From Botryllus schlosseri (Eukaryota), in NCBI GenBank assembly GCA_051294905.1, contig CM119371.1:41232001-41296000 (forward strand): a stretch of DNA of 64,000 bases. The letters run 5' to 3'. Under the pieces are notes generated by a model. It searched no databases. It worked only from the letters and a program-made list of their open reading frames with translations, and had not been told where the DNA came from. Shown here one piece after another: positions 49,901 to 62,899 of this stretch; position 1 is the first letter of the stretch, and the number at the start of each line of letters is the position of its first letter. Made by a program: the position numbers and the translations under genes.

Positions 49901-52900
49901 TTTATTAGCAGTTCTACGTGTGCGTGAACACCTTTTGCATGTATATTTAACTTTATTTTATTTATTTCATTCAAGAGAAATGGCCAGTTAATCTGTCCTT
50001 CACCTAGTCAGCAAAATGTAATGACTTTGCATCATCCCTCATACTTCGACAATTCAATTTGACTTGAATCGTGACTTGACTAGCCAGCCTTCAGGATTAC
50101 CGGACCACGACCTAACATCGACCTCGCCCTCCGCCACATGCCACTTCTTTTTGTCGCTTGCGTCTTATATTCTCTGCATTACTTTTCATTCAGTGTGCAC
50201 GCCTCTTCTTTACTTCGCCTAGGCTAAGGTGGGTGTCTGATCTTAAAGACTACTTCAAGTTGTTTCGACACTTTCCTATCTTTTTTATTGTATCGCAGTC
50301 TTGTGATGTTTTGAAATGATGAAAATATTAATAAAACTGATTGACTGATTGACTGACTTGACTCGACTTGACTCAAGTCACCTCCAAAAATCGAGTGACT
50401 TGACTTGACCCGAGTCACCTTTGAAAATCGATTGACTTGACTTGACTCGAGTCAAAATGTGCAATGACTCGAAATGACTCGTGACTCGAGGGTAGTGACT
50501 TGATCCCAACACTGGCAACTAGTAAACAATTGTGAAGAACATCGTAAATCAACAATCGTATCATCAAATATGACGTCACTGATATGAAATTTAGAATAAT
50601 CGGAGTGAAGAAATCTATTGAAGATGGTACCCGCAGGGTTGTAATGACTCGAGTCATGACTCGACTCGAGTCACGATTTTTTGATGACTCGACTTGACTC
50701 GAGTCAATTTCTCAAAATATGGAAATGACTCGACTCGACTCGAGTCAATCTGTGTATTGACTCGACTTGGACTCGAGTCACTGCGCATGACTCGAAGCAA
50801 GTCATATGACTCGAGACTCAGCCGACCAAGACCGACATTTCATTGTAATTTCGAAGAACAGTAAAGTAACCACCCTATTGGGATTACGTCTATTGGTACT
50901 GGTACTTGAAAATGCGACCAGAAACTGTTAAAAGTGAGGAAAATTCGTATATTATAAATGCGAACCATTCGATATCACCAAACAGAGTTATAAGAGTGGG
51001 TTTAACCAGACTTTAACTGGAAACTTAGCAGTCAACGCAATGACTTGGACTCGGACTCGAATCATAATACCATGACTCGGACTCGGACCTTTGCTCGATG
51101 ACTTGGACTCGGACTTGACTTGGTGGTGAATTGAGAATGACTCGACTTGACTCGAGTCAAAATCATAAAAGTGGTAATGACTTGTGACTCGAAGCTTTGT
51201 GACTTGGTTACAACCCTGGGTACCCAAACTCATAGACTTGATTGGCGTCGTGTTTGTGCGGAAAATTATGGAGACGACAGATTTCGCGTTGTCGGGAGAG
51301 GCCGTTCACACTTTAATTTGGGTGCCTTATAGTCGCCTTTTATCAATATACGCCGATCAAGTCAGTGTCAATAGAAGGAGTTCGTGTACCATTTAAAACA
51401 TTGAGTTTTAAGCGATCTCTTCGCCCTGATTATTCGAAATTTCATGCCGGTTGCGTCACATTCTGTGATACGATTGTTGATATCCAATGTTCGTTCCAAT
51501 TCTCTACTAGTTGCTGACGATTACCCCTGACGAGTGTCAGCCGCAAATATTCGGGTTCATTTCAATATGAATATATTATCCAATTGTATATTGAAGTTCT
51601 GTACCTTCAAAAAGCCATTTAAAGCAGAGTTGGACGAATCGAAAATTTTCAGCTTTTTGAAACTAGTTTAGATTAGAATTACAGCTACTAAATTCGCAAA
51701 AACTTGGAAATTAAATCGAATTCCGAGTTAGCAAGAAATACAAAAAGCAGGGTTGTAATGAACCGAGTCCGACTCGAGTTACGATTTTCTAATGACTAGA
51801 CTTGAGTCGAGTCATTTTCTCAAAATACAGAAATGACTCGACTCGACTCGACTCGAGTCAATCTGTGTATTGACTCGACTTGGACCCGAGTCATTGCGCA
51901 TGACTCGAACCAAGTCATATGACTCGAAACACAGACGGCCAAGACCGATATTTCGTTGTAATTTCGAAGAATAGTAGAGCAACCACCGTATTGGGATTTT
52001 GTCTATTGGTACTAGTACTTGAAAATGCGACCATGCAGAAACTGCTAAAAGTGAGGAAAATTAGTATATCATAAATGCGAATCATTCAATATCACCAAAC
52101 AGAGTTATAAAAAAGCGAGTTTAACAGGATTTTAACTGGAAACTGAGCAGTCAACACATTGACTTGGACTCGGACTCGAGTCATAATACTATGACTCGGA
52201 CTCGACCCTCTGCTCGATGACTTGGACTCGGACTTGACTCAGTGGTGAGTTGAAATTGAAAATGACTCGACTTGAGTCGAGTCAAAACTATAAAAGTGAG
52301 ATTGAATTGTGACTCGGAGCCGTGTGACTTGGTTACAACCCTGACAAAAACTATGAAGTTTAGTTCATATCAAATTAGAACTCTTTCATTAGGATAAGCA
52401 CGGGGATGGAAGATGTCTGTACATCAAGTGTGACTCGTTTCGCACTACACAGTTCTACTGTTGCATTCATAGGCGCCGACTTTATTTTTTTTTACGAGGT
52501 GGCGAGGTCTTGTGACGTCATAATTGTTCCACATCGATGACGCCATCGTCGCACTAAAACGCACTTTACTACATGCCGCTGGTGTACATGCAGCGTTTAA
52601 CCACTCGTGTGACTTTTTAAAACCTGTCCTGCACTCAATAATATCAAACCATGCAGTCAAGTTATTATGGTGAATCTTAAAACGGTACGATCATTCGAAA
52701 GTGTGACTGCGCTACCAGTCCATCGGACTGAATGCATCGAACAAAAATCCGAATTTACGTCACTGAAAATGTGCAGGCACACACCAACACACGTTCCAAT
52801 TTCGCGCTCCGATTACAGACTATCACGAAGCTAGCTAGCTCAAGAATGGAACGAATATGGACGCACATAATTTAGATTTTAGAAAAGCTGAACGTCTATT

Positions 52901-54075
52901 TTCGCGCCTGGTCGGGACAAGAGATCTAGGATGGTGCTTCTCAGCACACGCTAGGCGCGTAGTCAGTCGAAATATTAGTGGGTTTGGATCTTTTTCAAAT
53001 TTAAACAGCTTCTTTGAGGTACAGAACTTCAATATACAATTGAATAGTATATTCATATTGAAATGAACCCGAATATTTTCGGCTGACACTCGTCAGGGGT
53101 AATCGTCAGCAACTAGTGGAGAATTTGAAAGAACAGCGTATATCAACAATCGTAACACAAAATATGACGTCACCAGCATGAAATGTCGAATACGAGAGCG
53201 TTCAATGTACTATTTTTAGATGATACACGAACTCTTTTTGTTGGCACAGCCTTGGCTGGTGTATTTTGATAAAAGTCGACTCCAAGGCACACAAATGAAA
53301 GTGTGAGCGACCCTTTCCCAGTATGCGAAATCTGTCGTCTCGATAATTTTTCGCACAGGCGGGATTATCCAACAAGTGTTTGCCAATTGCAGAATTTATG
53401 GCCTTTGATTGTTCCGCATCAATCTTGAGCGGGTGAGTTAAGGGTGAGCTTTTCACCGAGCGTGTTCTAATGAATCTAGGGACATGCTAATTTATGCGTT
53501 CCTGCAAGCGCTTTGACGTTCTTCCCACGTAGCCACAATCACAGTGACACTTAAATTCGTCAACTACATTGCTTTGCTGAAGTGCAGGTAGCACGTCTTT
53601 ACGTGTTGCAGGGAGCAGTTGCGTTGTCGTGAAAATCACGTTGGTCTTCACTGTGTCGTAACACTTATTGACCGCTGAAATCAATTGCTTTTCAAAGCGG
53701 GTGGAAATAGGCCCTATCCAAGGTAAATGGATGTAAACATCTTTGGTTGTTCGTTCGGTAGGCTCTGTTGAATTTTCTGCGCATAACTGGTCAAGGTCAA
53801 CCTGTGTCAAATTCCAAGCCTTATGTTCAGATATCAGAGATGCATAGAACTTCTAGAACTTCAAAATATCATAGCTAGAAATACCCACAAATTCTCAGAT
53901 CCGCGAAGCAGTCACACAGCGACGAGCTCCAGTGTTGTTCCGAAACATGTGGCTGATTTATAATCACCGTCGTGTTAACTGGCTGGGATAGACCCGGCTG
54001 CGCTGTCACAACTCCGTATTGCTGCGTGTCGTACGGACTTGGGTGGGCACTTGGGTACGGAGGTGCGGACTCCAT
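46982..54075 (-). CDS. PLAC8/cornifelin-family Cys-rich protein; exons 54075-53889, 48155-47998, 47086-46982
   Basis: Splice phases are consistent: MESAPPYP...VVTAQP...WSSSLCDCFADLRIC / CCVFW...ADRMGENCCVGC...AMRSHFRAKHGIE / GSICDDCCVVTCCTPCAMCQLARELNHRGYGGSC*. These are hallmark PLAC8 motifs (W..GL.DC..D, R.+.GI.GSIC.DC, C..CQ.ARE). Confidence 0.93.
48296..50514. mobile_element. hAT-type MITE (CAGTGTTGGGAT family) splitting a Penelope pLTR and carrying two further insertions
   Basis: TIR cagtgttgggat / atcccaacactg. pLTR halves lie at 48235-48295 and 50515-50610, with flanks gcaactatag / gcaactag. Nested 48633-49659 (tagaaatgccact / agtggcatctctg; flanks tgtcgcac / tgtcgcgg) and 50095-50350. 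Confidence 0.85.
50634..51218 (+). mobile_element. hAT-type MITE (CAGGGTTGTAA family), copy 1
   Basis: TIR cagggttgtaa / ttacaaccctg; TSD ggtacccg / ggtaccca; gactc arrays. Confidence 0.9.
51230..51615 (+). mobile_element. Penelope 3' fragment plus pLTR (hammerhead GAAA>GCAA)
   Basis: CAENYGDDRFRVVGRGRSHFNLGAL matches the 44078 ORF C-terminus; pLTR follows. Confidence 0.85.
51748..52343 (+). mobile_element. hAT-type MITE (CAGGGTTGTAA family), copy 2
   Basis: Colinear with 50634-51218 but has its own TSD acaaaaag / acaaaaac. Confidence 0.9.
53005..53780 (-). mobile_element. 5'-truncated Penelope copy (GIY-YIG region, disrupted) plus pLTR, in PLAC8-like intron 1
   Basis: Peptides nearly identical to the 44078 ORF (KDVYIHLPWIGPISTRFEKQ, CHCDCGYVGRT), with a premature stop and frameshift near 53460-53490. 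Confidence 0.92.
53065..53110 (-). ncRNA. Minimal hammerhead ribozyme (intact core), sense to the host intron
   Basis: Identical to 43941-43986. Confidence 0.83.
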
Positions 54076-56297
54076 TGGAGATACTTTCTGATCCTGAAAA
54101 TAGAAGGGCGTTCGCTCTGGAATCAAGTAAAGCCACGATATGCATATTTAGATTTTTTGTGTATGGTAAGTTCGGTCAACTCAGCTTAATTTGCGCAGTT
54201 TGGTTACGCTCGCTTCGCTTTTGGCCGAATTACGCGGAGAAACGGCTTTGTCCGAGTTTAACGGAAAATCAATTGTTCGCTTCATGTTCGTACTTGAAGA
54301 CACACGCCGATTTTAAAATATGGTACTGTTGCGTGATGATTTAACTGTTTTATAGCCTACTGCAGTATTTGGCACATATCGCGTATAACGCACATTACTT
54401 CCAATTTTAAGTCAGTTGTATGGTAGCCTACATTATTTTCGATACCAAACCATTCAACAAATAATGCATACTGTATTACTGTGTAACACAGGAAGTGAGA
54501 GGCACAGTTGGTTATACACTGCAGTCACGACAGGAATGGAAGTGGGCTCGAATCCTGGTTCTGACCATCTTCTACGTGTCGGAGGTTTCTTTGGGCTCGA
54601 CTAACTTCCGAACTGTCAAGGAAGCGCTCTTCGCTTTTCATCGTTTACTTTAGTGAGCAATTACATTTTTTCTGCTAAAACGAACGTAATTGTATCGCAG
54701 TAAAATCGACTATGAAGCGGATACGGCATTGTATGCATTCATTGTCGACATAGTTACGGCTAGGGTTGCGGACAATTACCATGCACCCGCTTTAGCCGAC
54801 GTATATCGATATGGGATGGTTGGAACCCTCAAAAGGGTCAGTTCAACAGCAAAAGTGCAGTACTGTATTTACCCTATATTTTCAATTGTCAATGTCAATC
54901 CACTATGACGTCACAATGGAATATTCATGACGTCATGGCTTACAAAAAACACAACAAGAAACAATAATAAACATTTCTTGAACAAGGGCCTTGTTGTAAA
55001 CATGTTTGATTTATATTGATTTAAAAAAATTAACCCGAGTGTTTTACGTGCAGTTTTTACTTTTGTTCCATTCCTGGGCATTTTGATCGGATAAAGCGGT
55101 TTTTCGGGTTATCCCGTGTCCGAATTAGGTGGAGTCGACTGTATATAGCTACTATACATTTTGGGCAGTTGGCGTATTGTCCAGTTAACCACCATCGACT
55201 CTGCACAGCTCGATTCGAATCTGGGCATTAGCTCATTCTGGGGTGCAAGGAAATACAAAGAAATACCAGGAAATAAAAATGAGCAGGGAAAAGCGTCTGA
55301 AAAACAGCTGCAAACATCAAGACCAAACACTGTTACATCTGGCGAGGTGGGTGAAAGAATAATTGCACCATATACTTAGTCGTTTCACCATCCATATCTC
55401 TGTTCACTTTGTTCAGTGTTCCCGCATTGCATTGTGTCTTTAGTGAATAAAAATACTATAACCGCCTATTATATATTATTATACACGCGCAGTGTTTCCC
55501 CAAATCTTTGTGATATTTATTGACTCAGGGCGTTTGGGTTTCGTGATTCGGATTTCCAATTACATAACCCATCATCACTACGGATTCCTGCCTTTTAGAT
55601 ATGTTGCCTGATAAGTTTGATTAAGTAATGTGTATATTGGCTACTAGTATACTTACAGTCATTTTTTTTCAAAAGTAAACAGAGAATGTAGGCGAAGGGA
55701 GTTGTCCGCTGTAAGGTCGTATTATTATAGATATCTGTAAAACATGTTTTGTCTATTAAACATATCTTCTTATTGCAATATTCGCAATTGTGGCACAAAG
55801 TCGGTGCTGTTATAAAATATCGCAAACTCAAGCTATGTTGCGAACAGCCTTCATGGGCTTCTGGTTTTATTACGTTTGCTTACGTTATGAATATATGAGT
55901 TCTATAACCAGAATTGCTGACCTGATAACTATTGTATAACATATAAAACTATGTAAGCAATTTGACCACTATATTGATTAGGGATTATGGCTTCATTTGA
56001 CGCTCGGTCTATTAACCTGCATATACGAATATCAAATCAATAATTTTTATATCGAATCGTATCGTATCCTATCATCTCAATGGCTCTCACACACATTTTA
56101 AGTCTCTCAATATAATAAATAGGGGTGGCCAATTTGCTTCGAGAACTCGCATCATCCTAAACGAGTAGGCCTATTTAATTGTACCGGTTCTTGTCGGGAG
56201 AGTCTTCGTGAACAAAAATTATCTTGCCACTGCTGGAGCTTCAAAATCTCAATCGGTGCTTCAACGACATCCAAAACTTGTAGCATAACTTTTATTA

Positions 56298-56470
56298 AAC
56301 AATTGAATAATATATTGATATTGAAATATACCCGAATACTTTCGGCTGACACTATAGTCAGAGTTAATCGTCAGCAACTAAGGACATCAATTCTCTGATA
56401 ATTCCCACTGACTAGTGTCAGCCAAAAAATGCGTGTTTATTCGTATATCAGTTTGAATATATTATTCAAT
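56298..56470. mobile_element. Inverted pair of degenerate pLTR fragments
   Basis: cccgaatactttcggctgacact...aatcgtcagcaacta followed by agtgtcagccaaaa...gaatatattattcaat. Confidence 0.6.
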
Positions 56471-56733
56471 CAGACGTATATATATAGACCAAATTTATGA
56501 AGTAACATATGACAGCAAACAAAAGTGAATATCCTAATATATGTTTTAAAAATGCTCCTTCAACATGTAGATTTTCATTCTGTGCGTTTGAAAGGCTAAC
56601 GTATAGGACCAAGAAAACTACAATTTTATTACTAGCACTATTAGCGTCTCGAAAGCACTCTCGTTGAGAACGCGTCGACGCGAAAGGCAGAGTTACGCTG
56701 ATATTTTCCTGAACTGGAAATGGATGTTGCATT

Positions 56734-57474
56734 CAGGGCTTTGGAGTCGGTAAATTTTACCACCTACTCCAACTCCGACTCCGACTCCACAAATTTTCAA
56801 TGGACCGACTCTGACTCCGACTCCGACTCCAACCCCGACTGCAACAGTATTACCAATTTACTTCAAAAATTATATGATTTCCAGGAGAGGTACCGATACT
56901 AAATGCAAGAAATGTGATAATAAATCATGCGAAGTACTAAGAAAAATTTCAACTCAAATATATCTGCTACGGAATATTCTACTTTATGGTCAATTGGTCA
57001 TATACGAAGATCTGTGACGAATGTGACTGGGCCCTGGTTACGCCAATGCGTCAAAACTGATGTTTTGGTCATCATCAAATTTCGCGGTCAGGCGAATCAA
57101 ATTTTGGTTGGCCTAGCAATTTTACCTGATGTTATATATATCTAATTTCGAGCATTACCTCGCAGGCCACACAAAACCTTCTCGCGATCTATATTTGTCA
57201 TGCACATTTGTCATGATTGATGGTACATAAAAATCCTATTATAGTTATCATTAGTAATTTAAAGATACCTTTGAAGGCAATTGTTTTCATTATAAAGAAG
57301 TTGGAGTCGGAGTCGGAGTCGAAGTCAGGGTCATTTTCACAAACTCCGACTCCGACTCTAGTCAGTATTTTTTTCACGACTCCAACTCCAGCCACTACAG
57401 TTTTTACGTCTCCGACTCCATCAAGCGAAAATTAGCCAAACTCAGACTCCGACTCCTCCGACTCCGCAGCCCTG
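56734..57474. mobile_element. hAT-type MITE with ccgact/ggagtc arrays
   Basis: Ends cagggctttggagtcgg / ccgactccgcagccctg; perfect TSD gttgcatt. Confidence 0.9.
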
Positions 57475-58419
57475 GTTGCATTACATTTCTTCACACAACA
57501 AAACGCTAGAATCACGATTCACGCCAAACGACGACACTAAATTATTTTTAAATTGCAGAAGTAGGACTAGAACTACTCATTTTTCAAAATACGCAACTAG
57601 AACTACTAAAAAACCTTTTTGAGTTGACCATGTACGAACTAGATTGATAGTTCGTACGAATCTGCCCGCAATACTCCATTTTCCTGTCTTATTTCTAGAC
57701 AGGCTCCTCCTAATTGCTGAACGGCGGTTACAAATAAGACCGTGTGAAGTGATATTGCAGCTAAAGGCTCGTAGGGTCGGCGGGAGAATTCCATATCAAA
57801 AAGTCGCCCTCTCTTTCAATCCGACGGCAAGTTTCAACAAGGCACGAAATCTAACGCCATACGTCATTCACTGACTTCCCGGTTTCTTCACGCTAACAAC
57901 TCGCTCAGCGTCAGTTGGTTTAGAATTTCTCCTCCCTTTATATGCGAAATAATGTCATCGCTTTCATGCTACATCGGTAAAACCTAATTGTCTCCAACAG
58001 TCGACTATCGGTCACGACTCATGACATTGTTCAGTATAGGAAGGTCGGGGCATCGAAATTTTAATTTGACCTCGCATTTTCGAATACATCTCATACTGAT
58101 AATAATCTGAAATGCAGGTGATTGCTCCGAAGTTGCAACACGGGAATTGCGCTTGGACGCATTCTGTGAGTCAGCTTGCAGGAAATACTCTTCAATATCG
58201 TATATTCTATCGAATCGGCTACGACTAACGTTTAAGATGAAGGTGCCTATAAAATAGAATAATCTGCGAGATACGCGCCTCTTCACGTATTATAGTATCA
58301 GACGTGCTCATATGATAGGGATTTATTATTATGGCATCGCTTCACCATGTTACGATTCAGCACATACAGACACATCACGTATGGATATGCTTTATATATA
58401 TTTGAATAATATCGGTTAT

Positions 58420-58662
58420 TTAAAGAGCTTCTTGGAGGAACAGAACTTCAATATACAATTGAAATGTATATTCATTATTCATATTGAAATGAACCCGAAT
58501 ATTTTCAGCTGACACTCGTCAGGGGTAATCGTCAGCAACTAGTAGAGAATTGGAAAGAACATTGTATATCAACAATCGTATCACGAAATATGACGTCTCC
58601 AGCACGCAATGAGATCTCAAATAAGAGAGCGTTCAATGTATCATTTTAGGATGGTATACGAA
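58420..58662 (-). mobile_element. Penelope pLTR with a near-intact hammerhead (58491-58536)
   Basis: CUGACGA-GUGUCAGCU-GAAA-AUAU-UC-GGGUUC (G-U at the base of stem II). Includes the last codons of the Penelope ORF. Confidence 0.85.
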
Positions 58663-61299
58663 CAGTAGAGACTCGAATCGTGAATATCATTAAACTTTCA
58701 CAGTACCGCCCAGCTGAAAACATCTTATATCTGCTCTGATCTTTTCTAAAACATTCGAATCACCACTTTGATGTACGATCTGTGAATCCTTACAGGAGAT
58801 TTGATTCTCAACCGCCGTCGACGCGTATTTTATGTCAAGTACCATGGTTACCATGGCATTTTCGATTCGCGTTATCTCGATGATTGTATTGTTTGTAGTA
58901 GCTTGGTTTTAGTCCATTGTATTCAAGAATTCCAATACGGCAGTCCACGTTAGGCCAAATTTATATCCATTCAAATCTACAAATAAATATTGGATGGCAC
59001 AAAAAATTGGAAATCACCATCCATTGAAGGTGATTTATTTACCTCAGCGGTGACCAAGTCGCGACCCACGAGATTACTTTATGCTGCCCCGCATAGGGTT
59101 AGACGAAATCGAGTACCTGATTGGTTCGATTACTAATAGAGTATCAGGTTTCGAGTTGAATATTCGAGTATGGCTCATTACAGTAGGTACAATGACTATA
59201 GTATACTAGATTCGGATATCGGATTTGAGTGCTCGAATCGCTGTAGGCCTGCCGGTATAGTTAGTATCGTAGGCCCCGGTATATCTATGAAATTCCAGTA
59301 TAGTTCGCAATTTACGACGCGCTCCTTTATTGTATTGTCCAAGAAAATCAAGCGCTCCATGGAGAACAGGACAATCCGATTTAAAGTACTGTGTCCCTGA
59401 TGTCTGCTGTTGAACTATTATTGTCCGACAGCAATGATATGATCGCCCGCGATGCGATTCATTTATACAGAGACGTCAAACGTACAGTGAAAAACGTGAA
59501 CTGAAATTGTCATAGTCGCGGAAGACGACAAAACCTTCTCCGCATATGACCAAAGTTGTTGCATTGATGGTGTTTCAAATACTATGTTCAACTACACCAT
59601 ACCGATATTCTTAATTATGATTCCAGATCTGATAACTTGTAGGGTAGGCTGGGTAGGCACGGCCCACTTTCGATTTAGGCCTTTGTAATACATCGCTTAC
59701 GCGGATCATGTGGCGAGGAGACATACGACCAAAGCAAATCACGCCTAAAACAAAGCGTGTCTCGCCTGTAACAGCATTTGCAATCAAACTTTATCAAATA
59801 AGATCATAGCATTCTTTGTTAGATTTCTATTTACATAATAAACGTACCCAGTAACATTACAAGCTAGCAATGGCAGAAGATTGTAGATTGATAGGTTGTT
59901 AGTTCGGTACGCTCTATGCGTGGAATTCATTATTACTGTCACCAAGTATATATGATTTTACCGATGTAGTCAAGCTCCAAATTCAGTAGTTAGTTACCCG
60001 AAGACATCATCAATGCTTTATGCACCCTCGTGCATAACGAGGTTGATTTTATAGCGCCGAGAGAAGTGGTTCTCAACCGGGAGTCTGCGAAGCATTGCAG
60101 GGGGTCCGCGAAACATCTATATATGCAAAATGTTTGAATTTGTATTTCTTTAAATTACGGAAATCACGGGGCAGTTTTGCTTCGTAAGTGCAAGGAGGAT
60201 TCAGGAGTCATATCAACAGAATGGCATTCTGATTCTGAGTGTGAAGCAGCTAACTGTACAAACTCATTTAAATTACCAAACTGCTAATAGCCTACAGACA
60301 CAAACATGTTGCTGTTTAGAGGTGTGTTGTTGGGGAATGTGGAAAACAAATGGCGATGTTAGGGCCATCAGACAATCAGGGTGACGTCAACATGTTTGCA
60401 AAATTCCATTTTCTTCTGTAACCATTAATCCGGAATAACTTCAAGATGAGCTGCTGGATAGAAATGACTAGACAGGACGTACTATGTATATTGGAATGCA
60501 TTTTTGAATTTTGGTGACATATATATGTTGTGATCATACCCTAAGGCGTGGTCGGAAGCGTTACGCGTTATTATCACATTTGCCACCATCTAGCTTTGTG
60601 AAAATAGATTTTCGACACTCGTTCATATCAACTCGAAAGTGCGGATTTTCATAACACGATGACCTATTTCAAGAAATGCATCTACATAATTCGCTTTGAA
60701 ATATCAAAAGTCTCCTCAATTTCTATATAAATAGTATGATGTTATTTATGAAAAGACATTTTGTTGCTGGATATAGCCTTATTAGCCTTCAGTTAATATT
60801 CGCACAAGGCAGATGAGGGCTGGACGATAATTGAGCTAGATTTGAACTATAACCGTGGCCCAAAATGACCGACGCATGCTGACCAAACCTTTGATATCGA
60901 TAAGTCCGAACAGTCATGTCCTTGCAATCGCAGCCCCGCTGTACAAATGCGACCCGCGCAGACAAACGATGGCGTCCCGCGCATAACGTGAATCTGGAAT
61001 CTTGTGCGTCTCGCGATAGGAGTTTTACCTTTGATTTGGCCTGGTGCGTGTAAGCGATTCCAATTTCCTTCCAGTAGCCACAATCATTACCCGAGTTCCC
61101 GAAATAACAACATGCCGCAGAAAGTAATCAATAACAATATGCTGCCCGAGTTTAACGCACGAAAATGGAGCGAACAGTCTTAATCGTGTGTCATGAGCGT
61201 GGTTTAAGATGGTGCCGCATTGTCGATGTAATTTATAGGGATGGTGTGGCCAAGCACGAAGTCTCCAAGGCCTAGCACGATCACCCCAAACTAATGCGG

Positions 61300-61670
61300 A
61301 GGCTTAGAGGCGTATACAAGGATACCAAACGCATTTCCACGCGGATAGTGTAGCACGCGTGAGGAATGAGGATAGCAATACCCCAATAGTTCTACTGGCA
61401 GGGGCAGCCACCCGCAGTTCAATTACAGTTCCAACAAACCGGGCTGATAACCTTAGCGGCGGGGAAATTTGTTAACTGATATAATTAGATCAACTTTACT
61501 TCTCAATTCTCAAATTCGTCGCCGATAACATAACGTTGCGCTCCGAGCCTACATTTTACTGGCAACGCTGACACGCTGCCTAACAATCGCAATGGGGATG
61601 GCTATTGTTTGTAATTCAAATTTGAAAACATGAACATCAATTCTAAAGTAGTTGATTTCCCGGTGGTGAT
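61300..61670 (-). repeat. Dispersed repeat, reverse complement of about 41755-42110
   Basis: Shared gcagccacccgcagtt...cagttccaacaaaccgg...ttctcaattctc...gagcctacattttac...cctaacaatcgcaatg. Confidence 0.8.
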
Positions 61671-62819
61671 TAGGAAGACGATGAGGATTTGAAAATTACA
61701 TTGTCATACAGGCGCCGCCATGTCTGTTCACCTCTGCGTTCAATCAACGCAATGTTCAGAACTGAATTCAACCTTCATGGCGGCTATATATATTGCCGGC
61801 TGAAGCGAATTCGCGAGTGATAATTGCGGGCTTGACAGCAACTCTTATTTGTCATAAGTACAAACTTCGCATCGAGCCCGTTTTGATTATTGATCTTTTG
61901 CTATAGACTAGAATTATTTTGCGTATAATTTAAAAAAATTCGGATAAATCTCTCGCGGCACAAACTGGATGCGGAAATCATGAACTTTCGTACTCAAAAT
62001 CAAAGGGAATGGTTTGATTACTTCGATTTCCTATAATAGCCTGCATGGCTTGTTCGGAAACGAGAAAACCTTCCTATGGCTTTATATCATGCAGTGTAGA
62101 GAGATCTCATATGTCTGAGCGTTAAATGTATAAACCTGCTGTCGATATAAGTACTATGCCATAAAATAATATATTAGCAGCTACGAGTTTATTGGAAGTC
62201 GATTCACGGCTGTAGATAAACTAACGATGTGGATGTACAAGCACTACGTCGCGGCGGTACTAACATTGCCTTTGCTGGGCGCATTCGGTGAGTGGATTCA
62301 ATTAGAATATTCAACTATTTATAGTGGATTATGCAAATTATACGCTGCAAATGCCTTGGGGAAGGCGGTAAATATGTGTATTTACCAGACTTTGAGATAC
62401 CTATCTAGTCGCGAAAGAGACGATTTCGCAAATAGAGTAGGAGACGGCCAGCTTACGGATACGAAATTTATATGGTACGTCGCATTGTCCGAATTTAGGC
62501 ATAAATGTGGCAGACATCCGTACCTAGTATTTCTAGCAAATTCATGTAAACTATGAAGATATATATAGTCTTGAATCTTGATAATCTACACCAGAGCTCT
62601 TCCGTCGTGTGCACGGGCATGGGGCACCCTGAGGGTGCATCAAAATGTCCTGGATAACCATTAACCACCAGTTCAATCAAAGTACACAAGGGTGCAACAA
62701 GAATTTGTCGAGGATGTGGGACATACGGCCAGATACCTCAATCCTGAATTTGGGGCCAGGGGCAACGATCAACGATTCGTAAATAGATGATGCCCCGCCA
62801 AACGGCATGGTTTTCGGTA

Positions 62820-62846
62820 TTATTATTATTATTATTATTATTATTA
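62820..62846. repeat. (TTA)n microsatellite
   Basis: About 9 perfect units. Confidence 0.9.
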
Positions 62847-62899
62847 AAACAAGCCAATCGGGGCACAGAACTTCAGAAAAACGCGAAACAATAACTTAT

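Noticed and set aside
55109..55330. DVCSCFSDAFPC resembling a PLAC8 motif
   Set aside because: Antisense of a repeat fragment; no further PLAC8 motifs or matching exons.
57644..58286. Short ORFs in unique sequence
   Set aside because: No identifiable homology by eye and no convincing exon chain.
59380..59560. Possible very old LINE RT remnant
   Set aside because: Similarity to the GVPQGS and ADD motifs is too weak to assert.
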